Source: an uncultured Acidobacteriota bacterium (GTDB taxonomy: Bacteria; Acidobacteriota; Thermoanaerobaculia; Gp7-AA8). From it: DNA of 64,000 nucleotides. Positions within the stretch are counted from its first letter, which is position 1. Every line of letters begins with the position of its first letter. Of the stretch, positions 41,871 to 50,872 are shown piece by piece. The position numbers were made by a program, and so were the translations under genes. The stretch lies in contig CAWGHO010000002.1 of assembly GCA_963822445.1 (NCBI GenBank), positions 1 through 64,000 of the forward strand, written 5' to 3'. A model generated the notes under the pieces. The model was not told where the DNA came from, ran no database searches, and worked only from the letters and a program-made list of their open reading frames with translations.

Positions 41871-43616
41871 ATGAAAGCCGTCCTGTCGAGCCGCTCTAAT
41901 CTCACCTCCTCCAAAGCGCCGACCGGGATCACCGGGCTGGATGAAATTACCGGTGGAGGCCTTCCTCGGGGCCGCACGACGCTGCTCGTCGGAGGATCGG
42001 GATCGGGCAAAACGATCCTCGGCACTGCAGTTTCTCGTTCACGGCGCGAAAGAGTGCGATGAGGCCGGCATCTTTGTCGCGTTCGAAGAGACGCCGTCGC
42101 GAATCGTCGTCGAACGCTGAAACGTTTCGGATGGGATCTCGAGGACCTGCAGAAAAAGAACCTGTACTTCATGGACGCGCAGCCCGCGCCCGATCTCGTA
42201 CAGTCCGGAACGTTCGATCTCAGCGGTATGCTCGCCGCACTGGGCGCGAAGGTCGAAGAAATCGGCGCCACACGCATCGTCTTCGATGCTTTGGACATCA
42301 TGCTGGCGCTGCTGGTCGATCCGACCGCGCAGAGACGCGAGATTTACCGGCTCCATGCCTGGCTGCTGCAGCACGAGCTCACGGGCATCATCACCTTGAA
42401 GGCCGACAGCGACGAGACCGGCTCCGTCAAACAGCCGTTCGGCTTCATGCAGTTCATGGTCGATTGCGCGGTCATCCTCAATCACACCGTCGTGCTCGGC
42501 GTGTCCCAGCGCAACCTGCGCGTCCAGAAATACCGCGGCTCGAGCTTCGATGAAAACGAGTCGCCGTTCCTGATCGGCAAAGGCGGATTCGAAGTCGCCG
42601 TAACCCGAACCCTCGGCCGCGGCGACGCCGAAGTGACGAACGAGCGCGTATCGAGCGGCGTCGCGCGCTTGGACACCATGCTCGGTGGCGGCTATTACCG
42701 CGGTGCTAGTGTGCTCATCACCGGCTTTCCCGGAACTGCGAAAACAACGCTGAGCGGTGCTTTCGCGGAGGCTGCCTGCGCGCGCGGCGAGCGGACGATG
42801 TTCGTCAGCTTCGATTCCGATTCCAACGAAGTAATCCGCAACCTCGGCTCGGTAGGCATCCAGCTCAATCGCTTCGTCGAGGACGGGACGCTGCACATGG
42901 TTTCCGCCCGCACAATCACCGGAAGCGCGGAAACCTACCTCGTGCGCATCAAGACCCTCGCAAAAGCGCATCGCGCGCGTTGCCTGGTCGTCGATCCGGT
43001 TTCGACACTATCGAAATCCGGCAATGAACTGACGGCACACAGTGTCGCGGAACGGCTCATCGACTGGTCCAAGGCCGAAGGAATCACTCTTGTCTGTACA
43101 AGCCTGCTCGATGAGATGTCCAGTCAGTCCGAAGCCGGCTCGCCTCTGCAGATTTCGACACTGGCCGACACCTGGATTCATCTCAATTACCTGGTACAGG
43201 CCGGTGAGCGCAATCGCGGCATGTCCATCATCAAGTCCCGCGGAACGGCGCACTCCAATCAGGTGCGCGAGCTGATTCTCAGCGACGCCGGAATTACAGT
43301 CACAGACGCGTACACGGCCGGCGGCGAAGTGCTCATGGGCACAATGCGCTGGGAAAAGGAAAGCGCCGAGCGTCATGCCTGCGAAATCGCGACGGTCGAG
43401 GCAAAGCTAAGAAGCGTGAAGCTGGAAGCCGAGGAGGCAGAGCTCGAAGCGCGGGTGAAGTCGCTGCAGGTCGAACTGGCGGCCAAGCTCACGGAGAAAG
43501 CGGTCCTGGCGCGAAGTGCTGAGGTTCACGAGCAGGAGTTGCTGCTGGGACGCGACAGAATGCGCGAGTTGCGCGGCAGCGACGTCACGTCAGAGGCTCT
43601 GAGTGTGTCGCGATGA
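41871..43616 (+). CDS. kaiC: KaiC-family ATPase with C-terminal coiled coil; frameshifted near 42030 and 42100-42125
   Basis: KAPTGITGLDEITGGGLPRGRTTLLVGGSGSGKT, VQKYRGSS, RVSSGV..LD.MLGGG, GFPGTAKT, QISTLADTW and IIKSRGTAHSNQVRE. Confidence 0.9.
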
Positions 43617-43963
43617 TCCCAGAGATCTTCACGTTCCGGCTGTACGTCTCCGGTGATGCGCCGAATTCATTGCAGGCCATCGCCAACCTGACCCAGCTCT
43701 GCGAGACGCATCTTCCCGATCGTCATCTGATCGAGATCGTCGACGTGCTGCTCGATCCGAAGCGCGCGCTGACTGAAGCGATTTACATGACGCCGACGCT
43801 GGTCACCGACTCGCCCTATCCCGGCCATCGCATCGTCGGCACGCTCAGCAACACCGAGCCGATCCTGCAGATCCTCGGCCTCGGCGCCGCACAACGGCGT
43901 GTCTTCCCGGGCCTCAAAGACCGGGATTCCGCGCCGCAATTGCGGACGGTCAGCGAGACGTAG
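43613..43963 (+). CDS. kaiB: KaiB-family protein
   Basis: FRLYVSGDAPNSLQAIANL..LCE..L...IEIVDV...TPTLV...RIVGTLS; ATGA overlap with kaiC. Confidence 0.9.
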   Translation: MIPEIFTFRLYVSGDAPNSLQAIANLTQLCETHLPDRHLIEIVDVLLDPKRALTEAIYMTPTLVTDSPYPGHRIVGTLSNTEPILQILGLGAAQRRVFPGLKDRDSAPQLRTVSET

Positions 43964-44040
43964 CGAAGAGCGGTCGTGTCATGAACGGCAGGATGGCGAT
44001 CTTGAGATTCAGCCCGATCACGCTGAAGAGATCCGCCGCA
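43950..44040 (-). pseudogene. Probable C-terminal remnant (ADLFSVIGLNLKIAILPFMTRPLFATSR*) of the gene starting at 46050
   Basis: Coding-like minus-strand stretch ending in TGA immediately left of the REP/IS insertion, on the same strand as the truncated ORF to the right. Confidence 0.5.
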
Positions 44041-44044
44041 GGGA

Positions 44045-44086
44045 CGACGAGAGGCCTCCGGCGGGCCGGCCCGTGGCCGGCCCGCC
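44045..44086. repeat. REP-like palindrome, family E, left part (interrupted by IS110; right part at 45626-45642)
   Basis: Joining the flanks over the CC core gives the perfect palindrome CGACGAGAGGCCTCCGGCGGGCCGGCC-CGT-GGCCGGCCCGCCGGAGGCCTCTCGTCG. Confidence 0.9.
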
Positions 44087-44099
44087 TATAGCTTGTCCG

Positions 44100-44345
44100 G
44101 CCGTCTCTCCGCTTCTCCCTCAGCCCTCAGAGAAGTACCCGTTGGGTGGCAATCGGGAGAATCGGGTTCAGGCGGCGCGATACTGAGAAGAAGGGTTCGT
44201 CCCGCTACGAATTCCGCCCGTGTTCGGATCGACGAATCCCTCCGGACTTTCGAGCGGGACGAAGTGCTTTGGCCCGAAACGCATTCTCAGATGCTGTCGG
44301 AGCACGACTCGACTATAGGCCTTGCGCGCGGCCAAAGCCAACCCG
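44100..44345 (+). ncRNA. Putative IS110 bridge RNA (target-binding loop 44196-44263, donor-binding loop 44266-44338)
   Basis: Two stem/internal-loop/hairpin modules. The loop strands match the target (CCGCCCG; CCTCCGG) and the donor (CTCAGATG; CTATAGG). The 5' and 3' ends are approximate. Confidence 0.8.
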
Positions 44346-44358
44346 AAGGGAGGGTGTG

Positions 44359-45603
44359 ATGAGCGAGTTCGAGTTTGGGGCGTTGGTGGGACTGGATTGG
44401 GGTGACACATCGCACGAGGTGGCTCTTTGGGACGAGCAACAGCAGACGTGCACGAAAGAGCGCATCGAGCACACGCCTGCGGCTCTGCGCGCATGGATCG
44501 AAGCGCTGCAGGTGCGCTTCGGCGGGGCACCGATCGCCGTGGCCATCGAGCAGTCCCGCGGCGCGGTCTTCGACGCGCTCAGCGGCTATCCGTTCGTCAC
44601 GTTGTATCCGATCAACCCACGCAGTGCAGCCCGGTATCGTGAGGCGTTTCATCCGAGCCTTTCGAAAGACGATCCGACCGACGCGGCGTCCTTGCTCGAC
44701 CTGCTTCGTAAGCACCGCAACGAGCTGCGCCCGTTCATCGCCGACGACGCTTCTACGCGTCTGCTGCGGCTTCTGACCGAGGATCGGCGGGAGCTCGTCG
44801 ATCAGAGGACGCAACACGTCCAACGCATGACCGATCGGCTCAAGACGTACTACCCGCAGGCGCTCCGGTGGGCCGGCGCGTTGATTACGGCGCAGGCCTG
44901 TGACTACCTCGAACGCTGGCCGACGCTCGAGGCCATCCAAAGGGCTCGGCCGTCCGCGATAAGGAGGTTCTATGAGCGTTATCATCACGCGGCCGCGTGG
45001 ATCGACCAGAAGCTCGCCGAGATCCGTTCAGAGGTCGCGTTCCACGACGATCAGGTCACCACTGACGCTGCCGTGCTGCTGATCGGAAGCGAGGTTGCGC
45101 AGATCCGGGCTCTCAACGCGAGCATCGCCACGTACGACCAGAAGATCTCGGCGGCGTTCGCCGCCCACCAGGACGCGTCGATCTTCGCGAGCTTCCCTGG
45201 CGCCGGCCAACAGCTCGCGCCGCGGCTCGCCGCCGCCTTCGGGACCGATCGCAAGCGCTTCGGCAGCGCCGTCAACGTCGCCACCCGAAGCGGCATCGCC
45301 CCGGTTCTCCGCCGGAGCGGCAAAACGGCGGTCGTACACATGCGCTGGGCTTGTCCGAAGTTCCTGCGTCAGACGTTCCATGAGTACGCCCGCGTGTCGA
45401 TCGGTCAGTCCCTATGGGCTCGAGCCTTCTACAAGCAGCAACGCGCGCGCGGACACAGCCACCACGAGGCTATCCGCACGCTCGCTTACCGCTGGATCCG
45501 CGTCCTTTACGCCTGCTGGAACAATCGCACCGTCTACGACGAAGCTCTCTATCTGCGGCAGCTCGCCACCCGAGGCTCAACCCTCGCCACAGCTGCTCCC
45601 TGA
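44359..45603 (+). CDS. IS110-family DEDD recombinase/transposase
   Basis: VGLDW (D), AIEQ (E), KDDPTDA (DD); C-terminal FPGAG...SGIAP..RSGK catalytic Ser region; GGAGG RBS. Confidence 0.95.
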   Translation: MSEFEFGALVGLDWGDTSHEVALWDEQQQTCTKERIEHTPAALRAWIEALQVRFGGAPIAVAIEQSRGAVFDALSGYPFVTLYPINPRSAARYREAFHPSLSKDDPTDAASLLDLLRKHRNELRPFIADDASTRLLRLLTEDRRELVDQRTQHVQRMTDRLKTYYPQALRWAGALITAQACDYLERWPTLEAIQRARPSAIRRFYERYHHAAAWIDQKLAEIRSEVAFHDDQVTTDAAVLLIGSEVAQIRALNASIATYDQKISAAFAAHQDASIFASFPGAGQQLAPRLAAAFGTDRKRFGSAVNVATRSGIAPVLRRSGKTAVVHMRWACPKFLRQTFHEYARVSIGQSLWARAFYKQQRARGHSHHEAIRTLAYRWIRVLYACWNNRTVYDEALYLRQLATRGSTLATAAP

Positions 45604-45642
45604 CTTGACAGGAAGGCTCAGATGTCCGGAGGCCTCTCGTCG

Positions 45643-46050
45643 CTGAGCTGCGCGATCATCGCGCGCGCGCTCCACGACTTCCACGGTCGTCAGCGGAATC
45701 GCTCTGTGTCCGCGCGACGTCTCGCGCGATTGCCACGCCGCCTCCTGCCCCATCGTCGCCATCAGCGTGAGGCAACGAACCTCCGGTGCGAGTGGTTCGT
45801 CCCCTGCGGCCGCTCGTGCGAACGCTCGCGACTCCTGATCAAGATCGTCATACGGAACGGTCCTGAAAAACCGCACCAGCGCACATGCCGGCTTACCGGA
45901 GTCGTCAACCAACTCGTCGTAGAAAAAGTGAACGACGCGCTCCGCCGCCTCGGACACAGTCGCCGGAGGCGCGTCGTCGAACAGACCACGAACGCGCGTC
46001 CGGCAATCCATCATGTCGGTGAAACCGAACGTGCGGAGGCGATAGGGCAT
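45643..46050 (-). pseudogene. Truncated hypothetical gene (N-terminal part) cut at the REP/IS110 site
   Basis: Coding-like MPYRLRTF...ACALVRFFRT...CLTLMAT.G....W.SR..SRGHRAIPL, which then runs into the palindrome. Confidence 0.6.
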
Positions 46051-46081
46051 CGCGGCAAAGTTAGCACGCCGCCAACCTGCG

Positions 46082-47317
46082 TCACTCGATGTACGCGAAC
46101 CCGATCCGCAGCGCTCCCCGGCTGTACCGCCTCATCCACGACGCCGAGGCCTCGTACGAAGTGTCAGTGATGTCAGAGAACCTCTCGCGGTCCCGCCCGT
46201 CGGCCTGGCGCAACACCACGCCGCCCTTCAGCTCGACGTACGAGCCGCGGATCTTTCTCGTGTATCCGCCCTGGATCAGCTCGAAGGAAGGCTCCCAGCG
46301 CAGGTCGCCGGAAAGGTTGTCCGGATTCTGCCGCGAGTGAACGCGCGCCCATCCCGCCACGAGCTCCGTCGAAAACGAGCTCGCGTCGGAGATCTGCCAA
46401 TGCCGCTCGGCAGACACGTCGAGTCCGTGGGCGGTGGAGTGGCGGGCGATGGTCGTGAATGGCTGGCCGGGGCGGCCGGTGAAGGACGTCTGCTCGCCCA
46501 TCCAGACGAACGGCTCGACCTTCACGAACGTCCCTCGCATCGGCGTGTACGGCTCGTTGGTCGTGTCGAACGTCCAGGACGCGGACAGCATCCGTTCGGT
46601 ATGAAGATCGCGCAAAGGTGTGCCGCCGATGCGGACCGTGCCTTTGACGAAGGTCGTGTCCTCGATTTCGAGCCGCAGCGTCTGATTGGCCGTCACCGGC
46701 AGGCCTACGACGACCTCCGGCGAGAACGTCTTCTCTTCCAGCGAATCGACCGGGCTGCGCACGATCACCGTCGCGAAAACCGGCGTGCCCACGATCTGGT
46801 GACGGGTGTAGCCGAGCTCCCACGCGGAGTAGTTCTTGCGAAACGGATGGCGATTGCGAAGCACGGTCATGCCGAAGTGGGCCAGGCCGCCGTCGCCGAA
46901 CAGCCACCGCACACCAGCGGCCGCATGCTTCCAGTCCGAGGTGGGATCGGGGAACTCGTAGTCGAGCATGTCCACCGGCTGGTTTACCTGGCCGAAACGG
47001 CCGTCGAGGAGAAACCAGAACCGATCGTTCTCCCGGACGCTGATGACCACGACCCGGCGTGTATCGTCCGATCCCGGCTCGAGCGCGTAGCCGGCAGTGA
47101 AGACGGAGGGCGATCGCATCAGCCGGCGCACTCCGGCCCGCACATCCTCTTCCGAGACCTCGCTTCCTTCGCGGAGCAGCGTCTCCGCGGCCAGGAACTG
47201 CGCGTCGACGCGCTGCGCGTTGCGGATCTCGACGCGCTCGATCGTGAATCGCTCCTGGGAACGGGCGGAAAGCGCACACGTGATCAAACAGACAGCAATC
47301 AGAATTCGCCGGATCAT
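46082..47317 (-). CDS. Secreted/outer-membrane protein with POTRA-like N-domain (Omp85-like)
   Basis: Signal peptide, IERVEIRN...VRRLMRSPSVF...VVISVRE POTRA pattern, amphipathic beta-strands. Confidence 0.65.
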   Translation of the reverse strand: MIRRILIAVCLITCALSARSQERFTIERVEIRNAQRVDAQFLAAETLLREGSEVSEEDVRAGVRRLMRSPSVFTAGYALEPGSDDTRRVVVISVRENDRFWFLLDGRFGQVNQPVDMLDYEFPDPTSDWKHAAAGVRWLFGDGGLAHFGMTVLRNRHPFRKNYSAWELGYTRHQIVGTPVFATVIVRSPVDSLEEKTFSPEVVVGLPVTANQTLRLEIEDTTFVKGTVRIGGTPLRDLHTERMLSASWTFDTTNEPYTPMRGTFVKVEPFVWMGEQTSFTGRPGQPFTTIARHSTAHGLDVSAERHWQISDASSFSTELVAGWARVHSRQNPDNLSGDLRWEPSFELIQGGYTRKIRGSYVELKGGVVLRQADGRDRERFSDITDTSYEASASWMRRYSRGALRIGFAYIE

Positions 47318-47448
47318 GACTCCTCCTGGCTCGTTCGGAGGCGCGTGCTATGCCAGCGCAGAGAGTCGTGCGTCAGAGAGGAACGAGCCGGTTCGGCGGC
47401 GCGACCGTCAACGAATCCATACACCTGTGTCGAGATTTGCCGACGGTC

Positions 47449-49671
47449 TCACAACAGCTTGTCCGGTGTAATCGGCAACTCCCGAACGCGCCGGCCCGTC
47501 GCATGGAACACCGCGTTGGCGATCGCCGCCGGAATGCCGACCATCCCCAGCTCGCCCATGCCCTTCACCCCGAGTGCATTCACGATCCGGTCGTCCTCCT
47601 CGATGAACTCCGTCTCGATCTGATGGATGTCCGCGTTGACCGGCACGTGGTAGTGCTGGAGGTTAGGATTCATGATCCGGCCGAAGCGGTGATCGATCTC
47701 CGTGGCTTCCGTCAGGGCCATGCCGATGCCCCAGACGATGCCGCCGATCTCCTGGCTGTGCGACGCCTTGGGATTGATGATCTTCCCGCACGCGGACACT
47801 TCGATCGCGCGCGTGACGCGCACGGTGCCCAGGTCGGGATCGACTTTGACCTCGATGAACTGCGCGCCGTGCGCGAGCGATGCGTAGTTCTGTCGCTCCG
47901 GCGAAGGTCGCGACTCGAATGTCTCCGTAATCTCGCCCAAACCGTTCTGCTTCATGACCTCGGCGATGACGCCGAAACGCGAGGGATCCGCTTTGAGCCG
48001 GAGACGGCCATCGAGCATCTCCACCTCCGCTCCGACAGCGCCGCTCAGCGGTGAGTTGAGGTCTTTTCTGGCGAGCGACAGCAATTTCGCGCCGATCGCC
48101 AACGCCGCTCCATGCACCGCCGAGCCGACGCTGGCCGTGGTCCACGACCCGCCTTGCGCCGGAGCGCGCGGAAACCGCGTGTCGCCGATCTCGGAGGTCA
48201 CCTTTTCCGGCCGCAGGCCGAGATATTCGGCGGCGATGATCGTGATCATCGTGTACGTCCCCGGTCCGATGTCGCTGGCTGACGTCATGACGCGCGCCGT
48301 GCCATCCGCGTTCAACGTGACCCGCACCGTGGCCGGCATCATCGACGCACCCCACACACCCGTGGCCATTCCCCAGCCGACGAGCAGGCGTCCATCGCGC
48401 ATGGAGCGCGGCTCGAACTTCCGGTTCTTCCAGCCGAACTTTTCCGCGCCGAGGCGGTAGCACTCGCGGAGCGCTTTGCTCGACCAGGGCTTGCCGCTTT
48501 CGGGATCGAGCTCCGCGTAGTTGATCAGCCGCAGCTCGAGCGGATCGATCTTCACCGCGTACGCCAGCTCGTCCATCGCACATTCGAGGGCGAACATCCC
48601 GCTGACCGCACCCGGCGCGCGCATCCAGGTGGGCGTGTTGAGATCCGTGGGGGCGATCTTCAGCGGCGCGTGAAGATTGGGACAGGCGTAGACCTGCCGC
48701 GTGAAGCCGGTCGTGCTGTCGTTGAAGTCCTCGAACGACGAGGTGTTGTGCACGACCTCGTGAATCATCGAGGCGAGCTTGCCGGATGCGTCCGCGCCGA
48801 GGGCTATCTTCTGAATGGTGTGGGGGCGGTAGCCATGGCCGGTGAACATCTGCGTGCGCGTGTACACGAGCTTCACAGGGCGTTTGAGCTCGCGCGCCGC
48901 CATCGCGGTGAGCGCCGGATAGTAGTTGGGCCGTAAGGAAGATCCGAACGCGCCGCCGACGAATGGGGAGACGACGGTCACGTTTTCCTGGGGGATGCCG
49001 AAGCTCGCGGCGAGGTGGTCGCGAACGCCGTAGACGTTCTGGGTCTTGTCGAAGATCGTGAGCTTCTCCCCCTCCCAGTACGCGACGGCGGCATGCGGCT
49101 CCATCGCATTGTGATGCTCGATGGGGATGCGGTATTCGCCCTCGATCTTCACGGTGGCCGCGCGCATCGCCTCTTCGGCATTCCCTCGCGACGGCGTGGC
49201 TCCGCGGCCGGGAGTGACGGGCACCTTCGCGCTGCCGCGCACGGCCTCCGTGTCCGTTGCGTGCTTTTCGGGGTTGTAGGTGAGCTTGACCAGGCGCGCC
49301 GCGTAACGGGCCTGTTCGTACGATTCGGCGACGACGAGCGCCACCGGTTGGGCATTGAAAAGGATGCGGTCGGATTGCAGCGCGCGGAACGATTTGTCCT
49401 GTTCCGGCGCCGCGCGCGGCGGCGCTTGTTCGACCGGAGGTTTCGGTCCGAACTTCGGCGTGTTGAGATGGGTAAACACGCGGACCACGCCGGACGCTCG
49501 TTCAGCAGCGCTCGTGTCGATCGATTTGATCGAGCCTTTGGCGATGCCTCCGAGCACGACGAATCCGTAAGCGATGTTCGGCGCTCGGAACTCGGCGGCG
49601 TATTTTGCTTTGCCCGTCACTTTGGCCACGCCGTCGACGCGGCTCATTTCTTTTCCGATGTATCGCGGCAT
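47449..49671 (-). CDS. Xanthine dehydrogenase-family molybdopterin subunit (PaoC/YagR-like)
   Basis: RVDGVAKVTGKAKY, HNAMEPHA, GGAFGS, WMRAPG, DIGPGT and KGMGELG motifs; start MPRYIG. Confidence 0.93.
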   Translation of the reverse strand: MPRYIGKEMSRVDGVAKVTGKAKYAAEFRAPNIAYGFVVLGGIAKGSIKSIDTSAAERASGVVRVFTHLNTPKFGPKPPVEQAPPRAAPEQDKSFRALQSDRILFNAQPVALVVAESYEQARYAARLVKLTYNPEKHATDTEAVRGSAKVPVTPGRGATPSRGNAEEAMRAATVKIEGEYRIPIEHHNAMEPHAAVAYWEGEKLTIFDKTQNVYGVRDHLAASFGIPQENVTVVSPFVGGAFGSSLRPNYYPALTAMAARELKRPVKLVYTRTQMFTGHGYRPHTIQKIALGADASGKLASMIHEVVHNTSSFEDFNDSTTGFTRQVYACPNLHAPLKIAPTDLNTPTWMRAPGAVSGMFALECAMDELAYAVKIDPLELRLINYAELDPESGKPWSSKALRECYRLGAEKFGWKNRKFEPRSMRDGRLLVGWGMATGVWGASMMPATVRVTLNADGTARVMTSASDIGPGTYTMITIIAAEYLGLRPEKVTSEIGDTRFPRAPAQGGSWTTASVGSAVHGAALAIGAKLLSLARKDLNSPLSGAVGAEVEMLDGRLRLKADPSRFGVIAEVMKQNGLGEITETFESRPSPERQNYASLAHGAQFIEVKVDPDLGTVRVTRAIEVSACGKIINPKASHSQEIGGIVWGIGMALTEATEIDHRFGRIMNPNLQHYHVPVNADIHQIETEFIEEDDRIVNALGVKGMGELGMVGIPAAIANAVFHATGRRVRELPITPDKLL

Positions 49672-49697
49672 CGCGTGCCTCCTCCTCAGCGGACGAC

Positions 49698-49874
49698 AGA
49701 GAGAACGACGAGGGGCCTCCGGCGGCCGGGGCCGCGGGCCCCGGACCCCGCTGACAGGCCAAGCCTCCGCGCTACAGAGTCTTGTTTTGCACGAGTGTCG
49801 AGCAGGAGGCTTGGCCTGCCAGACGGGTCCGGGCCCGTGGGCCCGGCCGCCGGAGGCCTCCCGTCGTTCTCTCT
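49698..49874. repeat. Long nested palindromic element (family E arms; MITE/REPIN-like)
   Basis: About 50-bp imperfect terminal inverted repeats AGAGAGAACGACG.G.GGCCTCCGGCGGCCGGG plus an inner IR CAGGCCAAGCCTCC/GGAGGCTTGGCCTG. Confidence 0.85.
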
Positions 49875-49882
49875 CCGGCGGC

Positions 49883-50872
49883 TCATGATGAAACCCCGCT
49901 CGCACGCAGGAGCGCGCGGACGATCGCTCGTTTCGCAAGCTCGACTTTGTACGCGTTGTGCGCGAGCGGCTTCGCATCCCGCATCGCAACCTCGGCCGCA
50001 CGCTGGAAGCTCTCCTGTGACGCGGGTTGTCCCGCGAGAGCCGCTTCGGCTTCGCGGCTGCGCCACGGTTTGTGGGCGACTCCGCCGAGGACGACGCGGG
50101 CGTTGCGAATCGTTGCGCCGTCGAGATCGACCGCCGCCGCCACCGCGACGAGTGCAAATGCGTACGACGCGCGATCGCGAACCTTCAGGTAGTACGCGTT
50201 TTTTGTGAACGTCGACCTGGGCAGCTCGATGGCCACGATGAGATCGCCGTGCTCGAGGTTCGTGTCGCGCTGCGGCGTCTCGCCGGGCAGGCGATGGAAC
50301 TCGTCGATGGGGATCGTGCGCTCGCGTCCATTCGCAGCGCGAATGCGGATGACCGCTTCGTGCGCATACAGCGCGTTGGCCATGTCGCCGGGATACGTGG
50401 CGACGCATGCCTCGCTCCAGCCGAAGATCGCGTGAATGCGATTGAGACCTTCGCGTGCGCCGCAGCCCGTGCCGGGATCGCGCTTGTTGCACGGCATGGC
50501 CGTGTCGTAGAAGTACTGGCAGCGCGTGCGCTGCAGGAGATTGCCGCCGTTCGTGGCCATGTTGCGCAATTGCGCGGAGGCACCGGCCACGATGGCCTGC
50601 GACACGAGCGGATAGTTGCTGCGGATGAGCGGGTGGTTGGCGGTGATGGTATTCGTCGCCAGCGCGCCGATGGAAACGCCGCCGCGTAATGGTTTGATCT
50701 CCGCGAGCTGCAACCGCGTGACGTCGACGAGTTGCGTCGGCCGCTCGACGTCCTCTTTCATCAGATCGAGGATGTTCGTTCCGCCCGCGAGGAACTTCGC
50801 CTGAGGGTTTGCGCCGACTGCCCGGGCCGCGGCGTTCGCGTCTCTGGCGCGTACGTACTCAAACGGTCTCAT
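49883..50872 (-). CDS. Xanthine dehydrogenase-family FAD subunit (PaoB/YagS-like, with 4Fe-4S Cys insert)
   Basis: LAGGTNILDLMK, LRNMATNGGNLLQRTRC..F...CNKR..G.GC and KVRDRASYAFA motifs. Confidence 0.93.
   Translation of the reverse strand: MRPFEYVRARDANAAARAVGANPQAKFLAGGTNILDLMKEDVERPTQLVDVTRLQLAEIKPLRGGVSIGALATNTITANHPLIRSNYPLVSQAIVAGASAQLRNMATNGGNLLQRTRCQYFYDTAMPCNKRDPGTGCGAREGLNRIHAIFGWSEACVATYPGDMANALYAHEAVIRIRAANGRERTIPIDEFHRLPGETPQRDTNLEHGDLIVAIELPRSTFTKNAYYLKVRDRASYAFALVAVAAAVDLDGATIRNARVVLGGVAHKPWRSREAEAALAGQPASQESFQRAAEVAMRDAKPLAHNAYKVELAKRAIVRALLRASGVSS

Larger units (their letters stand above)
44085..45627 (+). mobile_element. Complete IS110-family insertion sequence, CC core at both ends, no terminal inverted repeats
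   Basis: Ends are defined by reconstituting the target palindrome; long left non-coding end, short right end with TTGACA. Confidence 0.92.

Noticed and set aside
44146-44358. 71-aa N-terminal extension of the IS110 recombinase in the ORF track
   Set aside because: The region is the structured non-coding end; the RBS and the first catalytic Asp place the start at 44359.
49672-50157. Long N-terminal extensions of the Mo subunit (similarly 51337-51909, 51678-52010, 8631-8708, 23526-23747)
   Set aside because: Open-frame run-through across repeats or neighbouring genes; better starts with RBS or signal peptides exist downstream.
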